This document shows, in pieces, positions 37,772 through 51,266 of a stretch of 64,000 nucleotides of DNA. A program made the position numbers and the translations under genes. Source of the DNA: Macrostomum lignano (Eukaryota); contig NIVC01003339.1 in the NCBI GenBank assembly GCA_002269645.1, positions 39,402 through 103,401 on the forward strand, read 5' to 3'. Numbering within the stretch: position 1 is the stretch's first letter; the number at the start of each line of letters is the position of its first letter. The notes under the pieces are model-generated. The model had not been told where the DNA came from and ran no database searches. It was given only the letters and a program-made list of their open reading frames with translations.

Positions 37772-39107
37772 CGAGGGTTGTCAGAAAAGTTCTGTTTATA
37801 TTGTAATAACTTGAGAACGATAAACATTAGAAACATGAAAAGTTACAAATGTCTTCCTTAACATCTATTCACTCAAAGTATGAGCCCTCAGCTTCAATAC
37901 ACTTCTCCCAACGCCGCACCAGCCCGTCAATGCCTGTAGTCATGCCATTGTTCGTCACGGCGGCAATGCCAGCCTTGTAGGCCTGATTCACGTCTTCCTC
38001 TGTGCTGAAACGCTGGCCTCGCATCGACTCCTTGATGCGAGGGAAGAGGAAAAAGTCGCATGGACTTAAGTCCGGGGAATAAGGCGGATGCGGAAGAATT
38101 TCCCACCCCCACGACTCGATCGTAGCCAGCACGCTTTCGGTGCGGGGCTGCGTTGTCGTGAAGCAGAATCGGGCCAGCCGCGTGAAGTGCAGGCCTTTTG
38201 TCCCGAATGGCACGCCGAACTTTCACCAAAACCGACAGGTAGAAATCACCATTGACCGTCTGCCCCACTGGCACAGGCTGATCGAACAACAGACCCTCCC
38301 GGTCGAAGAAAGTCACGTGCATGACCTTCAGCTGGCCGATGCTCCGGATGGCCTTTTGAGGTCGCGGAGAACCTGGCCTGCACCAAGTGGCACTCTGCCG
38401 CTTCAACTCCGCCTCCCAAGAATGCGCCCAGGTTTCGTCGCAGGCAACGATCCTTTGCAGGAACGCCATGCCCTCCCGCCGACACCGCTGCAGGTTGGAT
38501 GCGCACATGGCGACCCGCCGAGCCCGCTGATCGTCAGTGAGCAGATGCGGCACCCACTTGGCACAGACCTTGCGCATCCCAAGGTCCTCGGTCAGGATCT
38601 TGTGGACTGAGTCGTGGGACACCCCTATGGCATCAGCCAGCTGCCTGGTGGCCAGTCTCCGGTCCTGCAGCACGGCTGCCTCCACCTGACTCACCAGGCT
38701 GTCAGTCCGAGCACTCGTTGGTCGTCCACTGCGTGGCTTGTCGTCGAGGTCTTCTTTACCGTTGCGAATGGCAATAGCCCAGCGGCGAATCGTCTCATAA
38801 GATGGGCAAAAGTCTCCTATGGTCTGCCGCATTTCTTCAAAAATCTCGGTTGCTGAAAGCCCCTGAAGGACATGAAACTTGATGATCGCTCGATTGTCGC
38901 GTTTAGAAAAACTCTCTCGCGGGACGGAATGCGCCATGGGTGTGGTTGAAAAATTACTGCTATTTCGGCTAGAAATGATATGGTGCTCTAAAACTGAAGC
39001 TAGCGACTCTTTATATATGTATATATCTATGGCTAAAACCCCAACTCTTCAGCTATTCATAGAGCTAAGCTATTCTCTAATACACAGAACTTTTCTGACG
39101 ACCCTAG
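37772..39107 (-). mobile_element. Full-length mariner element (about 1336 bp); transposase 38937-37869 with one frameshift at about 38140
   Basis: TIRs cgagggttgtcagaaaagttctgt / acagaacttttctgacgaccctag followed by TA; motifs WVPHLL, CDETW, LHDNAAPH, HPPYSPDLSPCDF. Confidence 0.95.
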
Positions 39108-39350
39108 TATTCGACTACTGATTGAATCGATTGGTAATCGCTGTGTTTCTGTGTTTTTTTTCCGGGATCGTCTGAACTGCGGCTATACAGACTCAGAGCA
39201 GTGCTTCCAAACGTCTATTATATACGACAAACGTCTATTACAAGTAGCTACCGATACATTAAATCAGCTTACCTGTAATTATTATAAAAACCTTTTGTGA
39301 GTTTTTCTACACCACACAGTGCCAAGCTAAGAGTTTTTTGCGAGAGAGCA

Positions 39351-39351
<1 letters not shown>

Positions 39352-39412
<61 letters not shown>

Positions 39413-39418
39413 CAGAGA
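39352..39418. repeat. (GA)n microsatellite
   Basis: Direct. Confidence 0.9.
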
Positions 39419-41010
39419 GGTTGCCGTCGACATCCTTCTTAATTGTGCTGATGTCTAGGCCAAAATATCAAATTGGTTGCTTTTTCCCGCCTAATACTGG
39501 CATGTCTATATGGGCAAAAGCAATACTAAACAACATTTTTGTATGTTAAAACATAAGACATACCGTTATCTAACACATACTTTACCCATTTATGAGGAGT
39601 TTTTTTCAGCATTCATTTTTTTTCACTGGCCGTCTAAGTATTATCTCGCTAATTAAAGGCATAAAAACAATGATCGTATTGATTACATCCTGCATCACAC
39701 AGTTGAATAGTAAATTTGCCTGTTTATCTTGTAACTTTGTACTGTAACTAAAGTAGCCAATTGTTTCTTTTGGTAGGCACACATGCACTGCAAAATACAC
39801 ATGTACGTCGTTGCTTTTGTTTTATCCCGCATGTTTGCTCAAACTTTTCGAAAATGTAGTAGCTACACGAATACAAAGTGTGAACTTGTGCATACAGTAT
39901 ATTAGACAGAGGCAAATACTATAAATGTTTCCAAATCTATTCTCTCAAAATCGACCACTGTAACTGCAAACAGAGATCGACAGTTTACTTTTCGTTGGTA
40001 GATTGTTTAGAAGTTGTCACCCCTAACGATAAAAAATCTTTCTGTTTAGCAGTTTCAAATGCTAAAAATGACAATTCTAATTGTACTGGAGGTTTGAACC
40101 GTCTCTTAGACGAAAGATGTTTGGTAAATTCAAAGAAAAACAACGATTTCTTTGCTTTCGCACCTGGGAGAAAGCAATTTCAAACCATGTTTTAGCTCGT
40201 ATATTGTTAAATATACTCGAAAAAAATTATATATTTCCAGCAGTAGAACAAAAAATTGCTAAAGCATAGGAATCTGTCAGTTAAACTTACTTTGTAGTTC
40301 GTATTAATTCAAAAAAGAAATTCAAAGTTTGATTCATATTTCAAAGGGATAAAAAATAGTATACAGGCTTTTGAGTTCTTTGTGGGTAAAATAGAGGCAA
40401 AGATATTTATGCAAAATAGGAATTAAACAACAGTAGCTAAAGAGACTTAAATTTTCATCTGCGACAGTCGCTCAGTTTAAAATGGTAAAATGATTGATTG
40501 CTTCGATAGTCACCTGGGGCGCCAAACCTGCTTTGAAGGTCGTACCATAAAAATTGCCTCCTGTGGCTACGCTTCTGACATGACAAAAACTGTTTAATGC
40601 TATAATGTTTAACAGCAACGAACCCAAATGACTCGTAAAGACCAAAGCACATATATGCCAAAGCACATTTGGCATTCCTTTTTATTTTCGATGTAGTTGT
40701 TGCTATCATCAACGACAACAACAGCAACGAACCCAAATGAGCCGTAACACCAAGGGACATATATTTTCATTCCTGCCCGCTGAGAAATCCCCCCGGGTCT
40801 TTTAGAGAATGGAGAAAAGCCTATTTAATAAATGTATTCATATAACAGCAGAAAAATTTGTTGATTTGTCTATTATTTTACGAGCATCCTCGTTCGGTTC
40901 GTGGCCTGATGAGGCAGAAGTGGAGAACTCGTTTCCATCAATAAATTGTTACACCAGAACAACTCTATTAACAAGATTAATGAATTCAATAATTACCATC
41001 GTTGCAAACG

Positions 41011-43117
41011 TCAATAGTTTCCATAAATTTCCACTTCGCACAGAGCTACAGCCAGATTTTGTAGATTAACAATACTTATTCGACTGCCGAAGGCGTTGCA
41101 GGTGAAGTTGGCCACAGAGAACGGTACAGTCAGGCTCACCCGGTTACACTCGACGCCGTCCACCTGCAAGGAAAATTTGTTGAGCCGGTCAGCGCAGCAG
41201 TCCTGCCTGTTGTAGATGGTGACGTGGGAGATGAGAGCTGACCTATCCAGGGAAGCCTGCCACCAGGTACTGGCAACACCTTTCAAATTCGTGTGACTGC
41301 ATGAACGCGCTGAGTATCTCTGGTTGGTATTGCCGTCAATAGCTTTGGCGCAGACTCCGTCGAAAGCGTTGGAACTTTGAATGCAACTGTCGGTCTTGAG
41401 CTTCGTTGGATCATCTGCAATGCAGCGGGAAAGGAATTCAATTGGTCAATGGAGAGATGGCAAAGTTACATGTAAACCAAGTTTACCATTCTAAATTCAA
41501 TAAAATATATTAATCAGATACACAAGACACGGCACATCTTGGTAGGCGCCCCTGTCTCTTGGTGGGCGCCCCTGTCTCTTGGTAGGCGCCCCTGTCTCTT
41601 GGTGGGCGCCCCTGTCTCTTGGTGGGCGCCTGTCTCTTGGTGGGCGCCTGTCTCTTGGTGGGCGTTTGTCTCTTGGTGGGCGCCCCTGTCTCTTGGTGGG
41701 CGCCCCTGTCTCTTGGTGGGCGCCCCTGTCTCTTGGGGGGTGCCCCTGTCTCTTGGTGGGCGCCCCTGTCTCTTGGGGGGCGCCCCTGTCTCTTGGTGGG
41801 TGCCTGTCTCTTGGTGGGCGCCCCTGTCTCTTGGGGGGCGCCCCTGTCTCTTGGTAGGCGCCCCTGTCTCTTGGTGGGCGCCCCTGTCTCTTGGTGGGCG
41901 CCCCTGTCTCTTGGTGGGCGCCCCTGTCTCTTGGTGGGCGCCCCTGTCTCTTGGTAGGCGCCCCTGTCTCTTGGTGGGCGCCCCTGTCTCTTGGTGGGCG
42001 TTTGTCTCTTGGGGGGTGCCCCTGTCTCTTGGTGGGTGCCTGTCTCTTGGTGGGCGCCTGTCTCTTGGTGGGCGCCCCTGTCTCTTGGTGGGTGCCTGTC
42101 TCTTGGTGGGCGCCCCTGTCTCTTGGGGGGCGCCCCTGTCTCTTGGTAGGCGCCCCTGTCTCTTGGTGGGCGCCCCTGTCTCTTGGTGGGCGCCCCTGTC
42201 TCTTGGTGGGCGCCCCTGTCTCTTGGTGGGCGCCCCTGTCTCTTGGTAGGCGCCCCTGTCTCTTGGTGGGCGCCCCTGTCTCTTGGTGGGCGTTTGTCTC
42301 TTGGGGGGTGCCCCTGTCTCTTGGTGGGTGCCTGTCTCTTGGTGGGCGCCTGTCTCTTGGTGGGCGCCCCTGTCTCTTGGTGGGCGCCCCTGTCTCTTGG
42401 TGGGCGCCCCTGTCTCTTGGGGGGTGCCCCTGTCTCTTGGGGGGTGCCCCTGTCTCTTGGGGGGTGCCCCTGTCTCTTGGTGGGTGCCCCTGTCTCTTGG
42501 TGGGTGCCTGTCTCTTGGTGGGCGCCCCTGTCTCTTGGTGGGCGTCTGTCTCTTGATGGGCGCCCCTGTCTCTTGGTGAGCGCCCCTGTCTCTTGGTGGG
42601 CGCCCCTGTCTCTTGGTGGGCGCCCCTGTCTCTTGGTGGGTGCCCCTGTCTCTTGGTGGGCGCCTGTGTCTCTTGGTGGGTGCCCCTGTCTCTTGGTGAG
42701 CAGGATCTGTGCATTGATCGATAGGATCGACTTTTTCGCTACCAACTGATAGTTATTGACATCTTTCATGCTTATAGAAAATACGTATTATCGTACGGTC
42801 CCTTGGCAACCTTACCAAGCTGTCGTGTGTAAACAATCTCCCGGCTCCACGCTCTCCCAGTCGTCATATTTGTAGAAAGCCGTTAAGTTGAACAGCCGGC
42901 ACAGAGCCCGCAGCCAGCTGAATCCGAAACAGGCCGACCTCAGCGAGCAAAGCTCGGCGCATTTCAGCCTCGGGCAGCCTGAGCAGGACTCCATCGCTGG
43001 AGGAGTTGCCACGCCCCGCTTGCTGATTGACTCGAACTTCACAGGCCGATCCGCTGTGGTAGCCGAGACTGCAGCTGCTATGAGCAACACCTGTAGAACT
43101 AGTTGATTTCCGAGCAT
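41011..43117 (-). CDS. Secreted PAN/apple + F-type lectin (fucolectin) gene 1; exons about 43117-42816 and 41414-41011; junction phase unresolved
   Basis: Signal peptide; C..CAELC....CFGFSW....CRL (PAN); AIDGN, SCSHT, WWQASL, IYNRQDCCADRL and LCEVEIYG (FTP domain with the fucose-binding His..RxDx4R motif). Confidence 0.78.
41538..42700. repeat. GC-rich 20-bp minisatellite (cttggtgggcgcccctgtct, with 18-bp variants) in the lectin 1 intron
   Basis: Direct; about 60 units. Confidence 0.97.
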
Positions 43118-44718
43118 TTTTGGTTCGATTTTTAGACGAGTTAAAAATTTCGAAGCTCAGCCAGTATGGAGTTGTCGCGGTGGAGTGGAGTTTCCTTTGA
43201 TGAGTGTATTTATACCTTGGAAAGGCTCGCGTTTTTCATTAGCCAATGCCAAAGAGATGTAAGCAGATAAACGAAAGATTACTATAATCAAATTTATCTA
43301 CTCTTAGTAGTGTTAGAAGACTTGGTCATACACATTTACCCAGGGCGTGTAAACAGGAAGCCTAAAAAACATCAACATGCACATTTTTACTACTTTAATA
43401 GTATATATACTCTTTATGGTGTTTGCACAACATTTGCTCCAGGAAGGTACTCGTATTTTCTTATTAACAGGCACTGACATTAAAATTATTCAGCCAATGG
43501 TAAATAGTTGAATGAATTTTGACAAGAGATGCATGTCACCTTACTAATCCCCATATGTAGCTAAAATGCAGTCAGAAGATCCTTAAAGGCTCGGGTGGTT
43601 GAAGAGAACACCATTAGTCTCTGAACAGCGATTTGGAGAATTAAGGTGCTGTGCTTAACATGAAGAAGCTCGCGGCTAGGTATTCAGTGATGAGAGAGGT
43701 CCATCAGAGCCAGAGCAGAGACAAAACTTTTTTTAGTGTAGTGGAACAATCTTGAAGCAAAACCACAAATACTAAAAACACTATTTGGGTCACTTAATGC
43801 AATTTCGCCCGATATCTGAATAGCCTACTTTCTTCTAGGCATATCAGACTTTTCAACTTTTCAATGTACAATATAATCTAAAATAAAAAATAACACTTTA
43901 CTTGGTGCACAAATATTATCTAAAAAAACTCTATACAAACGCTCGATTGAAATTAAGCGGCTAAATCATGAAATAGGCGAGTGACCTACCTAGTGTTTTT
44001 ATTACGCTCGTGTATATCTATGGGCGAAACCGACATTCTAGAGCGGACACATCTAGCGTTTTTCTCGATCTGCAGTGAGCCAGACCAAGTAATTCTAAAT
44101 GTCCAACACTCACTCAGCTAGCGTATTAAATCGTAGTCTATGGCACAAGTGACAACTTTCTGTACTAATTTTTGCCTGAAGTGAAACTAATGGGGCGCTG
44201 ACTAATGCATACAACGTGTGTTATCTATAGGCGTGCTTACAACATGCGCCACCCGGCTGCACTAATCCGGCATGCAGCGCGCCGATAGATGCCGTGTAAC
44301 GGGGCATAGCAGCACCGCCGTGGAGAAGTACATTGGAGTGTCCGTCCGCGTAGACCAACAGAGAATGATCAGCGAGACGCTCAGGATGACGTCTGGAGTA
44401 GCGACAACAACACCTGGCCTACAGCTCCGCCTGATGCCGTCTCAACGTCTGCCGTTGACACTGCGACCCCCAAAAAGAAGATGCGACTAGAAATATGCGG
44501 TGAGACTAACACAATCAGCAACCACTTTAATTGATCATCAATTAATTAATTAAATTAACTTCGATTAACAACAATAAGCGTTTATATACATTTCAATGAC
44601 ATCTAATTAGACTTAATCTCCGTTTTTGTTCAAAACATTGCTCGTTCCATCGTTTGATGCTCGTTCATTTGTAACTCAAAATACATGTCTATGTCAAAAG
44701 TTGCGTCATTTACCTGGC

Positions 44719-44828
44719 CCGGCCAAATAAATGAATGGCTCTTTTCTATTGGTTTAGCCATTTATTTGGCCGGGCAAGATAAATGAATCTTGCTTTTCTA
44801 TTGGTGGAGCCATTTATTTGGCCCGGCC
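44719..44828. repeat. Two tandem hairpin units with a central CTATTGG
   Basis: Perfect 15-bp inverted repeat ccggccaaataaatg (44719-33) / catttatttggccgg (44759-73), followed by a second degenerate unit. Confidence 0.7.
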
Positions 44829-46115
44829 CAAGTGGGGGATAAAAATATTGTATCTTGCAAAACTTCTGCAGAGGACGCAGAGACTTGGCTTTAGGAAAGT
44901 CACTCTGGCATATTAGTGCTTACAGGCTAAGACAAAATAAGGCGAAGGAAGCTGATTCTTGTTAGTGCGGCAATCCAATTTGATGCGGCAAACAAATCCT
45001 ATGTCTGGCAATCGCAGTAAGCCTCATCTTGTATAAAAATAAGCCTCATCTTGTATAAAAAAAGTCCTCAGCGCTACTTTAGCTGTCATTCCAGTTGCTA
45101 GATTTAGAATCTCTTGGCCAGACTACGCTCATAATTCAAAGCAATAAAGTCGTTGTTCTATTTTTAGCAACTGACGTTAATTCAAACTCAAGCTAATAAG
45201 AGTAAACATGCTGGAACCAAGAACCACTGAAGAAACGATACTTAAGTTAAGTTCTTAGCTTAAACATGTGACAAAATACCCACCACCAAAAGAAGTGTGG
45301 AGAAACTGTTTATTTAACTTTCAAAGAGGACATTCAAGAAAAAAGACAAATGAATGTCGAAAATAAGGGGCAGACGGAGCGGCAATAGGGGAGACGGAGA
45401 CAAAAGTCACCAGGCAACCAAAGAATGGAGAGCTGTGGTTCAGAACTGAAGGGGGGGTTAGGGGAAGGCTACCAAGAGCCTCAGTACACAACGCTGAGCT
45501 AATACCTCTAAAAACAACTAAGCTTCTCTGGATTCAAACCAAAGCACGCCCCAAAAATCTTCAGTTTTAATTCAGGCCTTTAGAAAATTTCTGACAGGTT
45601 TGAGGACCTCTGCAAGTATTTCAATCCATTTTTCCTGACCTCCATTGTGCTGCTTTCTTCCAAAGCATACAGGAAAGAGGCTGAAAACTCTCCGATTCTC
45701 TCCACACTGTCCTCCTTAGCTTGAATTTTCCCGAACCCTGGAAACGTTTTTGTTGTCGTTAATAGAGTTTTACTTCTTACTGGAAGCTGGAGAGCCGCCA
45801 GTACTGGGCTTGAGTAGCCGTTGAGTCTTTTTGGCTCAGCGGTGGGTCCGGGACGCAGCATTAATTATTCAAAACTGTTTGATTTGAAGCGTGATGACGA
45901 AAATGGTACTTCCAGCATTTCATTTTTTCCCTGAGTAGCCTGGAGTTCTTATTTAATTAAGAGTTTCTACATGTCTAAAATTTCAAATTCATCTGCAGAG
46001 TTTTTTACGAGTAAAAATCTTTTTTTATCAGTTTTATAGTTCGTTAGAAATAAGTAAGACTTTGCAGCTTCGGGATAAATTTGATCCGTTATTCATTTGA
46101 CACGACCTTGACGTC

Positions 46116-46912
46116 TCAGTAACCGTAGATCTCAACTTCGCAGATAACGAGATGTTCACTCAGCTGATTGACAACTCGAACAGCGCTGCCGAAAGCGTTA
46201 CAGGTGAAGTTGGCGATGGAGAACGACTCCGTCAGGTCCACTCGGTTGCACTCAACGCCATCAACCAGCAAGTTGAACTTTTTGAGCCAACTAGCACTGG
46301 AGAGCCGGTTGTAGATGGTGAGGTAGGCCACGAAAGCTGGAGCGGCCAGCCGCGCCTCCCACCATTCGCCGATGCCTTGGACAGTGGCGCTGTAGACGGT
46401 CTGGTCCCTGTTGCCGTCCATAGAGATTGTGCAGTAGTAGCTCAGGTAGGTATTGCTGTGCTGGCAGCTGGAAATGTTCAACTTTGTTATGTTGGTGGGC
46501 GGAGAACCTGTGGGAATGAGTTGCCAGAGTTGTGAATGAGCTTCAAGGTTTGCCAGACTAAGATAAAACAGAACGCGCATGTGACGTTTCGTTCCTTACT
46601 GGTAGCAGCTGTCGGCTCTTCCATCTTCTTGAACACCTCACAAGGTGGCGAGCTCAGCCAGGTGCCAGAGAAGGCGCTCAAGTCGAACAGCTGGCACAGA
46701 CTCTGCAGCCAGGAGAAACCGATGCAGCCGGCTGTTTGAGCACACTTCACCGAGCAGTCCACGGTGCTGCTGCCAGTCACAGATTTCATGCTGACAGGCA
46801 TCGATGAGCTTACGGAACTCACGATTTCGAAGGTGAAGTCTGAAGCCGCTGGTGAACTGGCAGTCAGTAGCAGCAGAAGGGCTAGAAAGTGCGCAGCTGT
46901 TTGGCAATACAT
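46116..46912 (-). CDS. Secreted PAN/apple + F-type-lectin-fold gene 2; exons 46912-46600 and 46507-46116
   Basis: Signal peptide MYCQTAAHFLALLLLLTAS; DCSVKCAQTAGCIGFSW..CQL; MDGN, WWEARL, IYNR, VDGVECNRV..NFTCNAFGS..ICEVEIYG; phase-1 GT-AG intron closes in frame. Confidence 0.85.
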
Positions 46913-47518
46913 TCTGGAGGTTGGATTTGGGCAATGGCTTCTGTCTCGGGTTCTAGCTAGCTGTAGCTGTGGAAACCTAGGGCCCAGAAGCAATCTTAAT
47001 GTTTTATTGACTTTTGAAAATTCTTTCATGAAAAAGCAGATGGATTGGCTGCGGGGTTAACCAACCAAAATTGCGTTGCAGAAAGGAACCGGATAAAGCT
47101 TCTCTAAAACCAAAAAACGCGACGGGTCCACAAAAAACGCTGTCGGTTGCACATCTGGCCATTAAGCCAGGTGTAATCAATTATTATTATTGCTATTGTA
47201 TTACTATTCATAGGCAATTTCTCTCAGTACACTAATAATTTTTAGAAATGACAGAAAACTTAATATTTAAAATTACTTTCAAAATAGCTTTTTATACCGT
47301 GAGGGAATTAAACGATGTGTAGCAGGGGCCCAGGCTCGATTCCAAGTGCAGTCACATCAAATTGGGGCCTAACCGGAATCTCGACTTGGGCTCTGCTCGT
47401 GCAATTGACGCCCCTTGATGACCAAACCCGCAAGGCACAGTGAAGTGTACATGCCTAATGATAACTATAGTTAGGGCCGCTGTACACTCCTGTGTGAGTG
47501 TGTGCCTGTGCGTATGAC

Positions 47519-47660
47519 CGTGTATGGGCAGTATGTGCAGTATGGCAGTATGGACAGCATGGGCAGTATGGGCAGCATGGGCAGTATGTGCAGTACGAGT
47601 ATGTGCAGTATGTGCAGTATGTGCGGCAGTATGGGTAGCATGGGCAGTATGGGCAGTAAT
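47519..47660. repeat. 9-bp tandem repeat (gggcagtat / gtgcagtat)
   Basis: Direct. Confidence 0.85.
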
Positions 47661-50600
47661 GCCTCTCGCCGGTTGTGTAACAATTTCGCCTAAAGTGCAC
47701 CAAGGTACACTCAGTCTCCTATCTCTAATAAAGAAATCACATGCATGATTACGTGATCAAAGTGGGCCCTTGATCTGTTCTTGAATGGCGTAGCCTAGAA
47801 GCAAGTGACGTCACCTGCCTAGATTGCCTAGAGAAAGGGGCTTAGGACGCGGCTCAAATAGCAGGGTTGTGCAACGGTCACATGACAGAAGCATTAAAAT
47901 CGTTTGGGAAGATACGAAGTTAAAACGGACGCCAGACTAAGCGATTTTGAACAATAGCGCGAAGGTGAAAAGGGGTGAGTCATTCGATGAGTCAGGAGCT
48001 AGGAAGCCCCTGCATGGGACCAAGTTCACTTGCATTAGATTGAGGATTAAGCAAGCAGCCAGTAAAATATTATGTTGGAAGATTTTCGCACCCTTTTCTG
48101 TCGACACCCTTTTCTGTCGGTCGATTTCTTCAGGAATAATACAGATAAAATTAATGGGACAATCGAGGTAGTAAAAGTTACGTCCTGAAAGCTACCTCAT
48201 GACAAATAGTCAGGAAAACTATTGCTTTTTTCTATTCAAGATTATCTGGATTAGGATTTCTGGAGATTTTATAAGCGTGTCCACCAAGGGGGACATGCCC
48301 TCGGGTAAAATCTATGGGGGACATGCCAAGTGCTTTGTCCCACCTTGTGATCCGTAATGGAAATCAACAATTGTGCTTCAGGGCGCCAAGATATATCGTA
48401 TTCGGCGGCAAAATGTGTGTCTGTGGCGCCAAAATGAGCGCTACCAATACCAATTCCCAAAAGAATGTAGAAATTTAGTCATGCAAAATTCTTGGCTTTA
48501 CCTCCCCACCATAGAATCCATGGTGACGCCCCTGGCCACCGAGCTGGTGAGCCGTCCGGCTGCTCACGATTGACGCGTTCGACTTGACGTTTCAGCGTAA
48601 CTTTGCTCGGGGGATTTTATAGCCGATTATACTACGAATTATTTTTTTAGTATCTGATCTTAATGATTTTGAACGGCCTACTGATTGCATGATGATGGAT
48701 AATGCAGTCCAGAAAAGCAGCTGGTAGCAATATTCTCTGGGGCTTGAAAGTGGTTGGTGTTCTCACTTGCTTTGCTGTGGGTCTAGCGGTCTAAGGTTTT
48801 TACAGCTCTTTATATCTTCTATCAGGCCGCCAGAGAAAACCGTATAAACTGACGGGATTCCTAGTATCAGGTTGATTTGAATCTCACGAGTATTTCGCTC
48901 TGCGTAACTTTAAGGCAAAAATTGGGTTTAAGGCTTGAATTTGAGCCAACTGGATAGTCCGGAGACCAACACAAATGGAGCGAATTGAGATCTGAAACCT
49001 CGCGAGAAAGAAGCGCCGCTCCAGTTTGAGATGGGCGTCTACTTTATACAGATTGGCATTTTTGACCTCCCCGCCGCCGGTGGGGTGTCTTCGCGTGGTT
49101 AGCAACGGCGCGGGTTTTAAGCAATAACAATCTGGGACTCAGTCCCCTTGTTGTACACGAAGTTAGTTAGTTCTAGTAGGTTGCTAAGTGTGAGGGTTAG
49201 AGATTATTCGGGGTTTCGCAAATCTATGTGTTGAGTTGGATAAAATTTGAGATAGAAAGATTATAGAAAAAGAGCTTCGTTTTCCGTCTCTTAACTCTGT
49301 CCATGGATGATTAAACAGTCTTCTCTCTCTCTCGGTTGTCAAGCTACTTGAGGTTGATCTCGCCTTCTTGGGCAGCTTCAGGTTGAATAGGGGTCTGTAG
49401 GCGGGCCGCACGTTTTCTCCCTCAGGGTGCGCCAGAATCTGCCGCGTGCCGCGTGCCGATCGCCTTTTTAGCTTCGTTGTTCTCTAGTCGGGCCGCTGCT
49501 CGGTTTGCTTCTCCCAGCCGGTTTTGGCGCCATTGTGCCTGCGGCGGGGTGTCGCTACCTGACTGGAATGGAAAGGGGGCTTTATTAGATTCGGCCATTC
49601 AAATTGACTTGACAGTTGATTAATTATCTTAAAGCTGCTTCTGTTTGCCCTTCTAGTAGCTATCTAAGGGTTCCATTGTGCTCTTCTGCCTCGCCCTTCA
49701 CTGCGCCTGGGCATTTCATAAATTTCTACTTATCTTTTAACTTAGGGTCAAAAATTCGGATTTCTAACTCTTATACAATACAGAAGAAACTAACCTATAT
49801 TTTTCTGCTTCTCGGGAAATCCGGCAGCACGAGATAGCTCCGGTCTCAGAAACACAAATCTTCAACAAACTTTCTGACAGTCGTGGAAACGTATTTTCTG
49901 CTGACAAAGGAATCTCATTTACTGATTTACTCATTAGGATGAAGTTACGCAATATTTCCGAAAGTTACGCCCTGATACAACAATAACTTTTAGTGGTTCT
50001 TATTACCAAGATTTTTATGAAATTGCATAAATACTTTCAAGACACAATAGCAATTAATTTTGGTTATTTGGTTATTAATCGTCAGCTGATCCTAAATGTA
50101 CATTTGCTCGATGACTGCCTACCCACGTTTATGAAATTATTCAATGTGTAAAATGCATGTAATGATATGTACATGTACATTGCAGTTGATTAGTAGTGCA
50201 TGTAACTTTGTTGAGCAGTGGTCAGAAAGTTCGCGCGCTGGAATTTCGGCCATTAGTAAACTCATGCAGGTGCATAAAAAACAATCTATCATTGCACAGG
50301 TAATGCTGCCCCGCTTCCCTAACAGCGGTGTGCAATAGTCCCAATAGAAACTTGTGGTGTGAGTAGCTGAAAGGAAAAAAAGAACTGACTTAGTAATCAT
50401 ACAGCTCATTAAGTGCCAGTCTATCGTCTAGTTGTCAATAAGAGCCAGGGGAGTAGACAGGATTGCTGATTTGGAGGGGAGGTCGGCGACAGCGAGGGGC
50501 GCCAGCACCGACTGACAATAACCAGTGCCAATTGAAGTGCTTATCAATGCTGGTAGCCGCTAATATTGACGTGTTTTTGAGGCTCGATCAGACCTTGCGC

Positions 50601-50675
50601 AATTTTCATCATTTAGACGGCTTAAATGCTTGCTTGCTTAATTTACAAGAGAAAGAAAAAATGCCACTAAATGTG

Positions 50676-50758
50676 CAGGGACTACTAAATACTCGGGACG
50701 GGATACGCTAACGTCCATACTCAGTTTTTTGTTCGAACTTAGTATTTAGTAGTCCCTG
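50676..50758. mobile_element. 83-bp hAT-type MITE
   Basis: Perfect 18-bp TIR CAGGGACTACTAAATACT; 8-bp flanks taaatgtg / taagtgtg (7/8 match). Confidence 0.85.
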
Positions 50759-51266
50759 TAAGTGTGTCTCTGAGGCTCTGTATTTTCCACCTAAGAACTG
50801 ACAAATTACCTTTTTTGTGCACAAGTCCCACATTTCCGTTGAACTCTTCCGCTCTGTAAGTACTCGCTAAAGCGAAGTTCTACATTTAAACAATTACACA
50901 AAGTGCAGCTGCAGACTCTTTCTTAGACAGGCAAGTTCGTAGATCTAGAGATATTCAGTCTATTGAAAATGGCTATGAGTTTGCACATCTGCGCGGCTAG
51001 TAAAGAAAATACTGAGTAGACAAGTAAGTACCGTTTTATTTTAGGGTCAGATTACAATTGAATTTTCCATGCTGTCATGAGTAAGTACTTATTTATAGCC
51101 TCGGGCAGACATTACTGCAGACGTTCGCTTATTTAAACCCGAGTTTATCTAAAGCCTAGTTGAAACCGAAAACTACTGCATCAAAATAATAGTAAAAGTA
51201 ATAGTAATAGTAAAAGAGCTGAATGTAATTTTCCGGCAGACATTGCAATTTTCAGCTGTTGTCAGA

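Noticed and set aside
41497-42769. ORFs of 400+ aa on both strands (TKRQGRPPRDRGAHQETGAP repeats)
   Set aside because: They are translations of a stop-free 20-bp minisatellite that is open in most frames and lies inside an intron.
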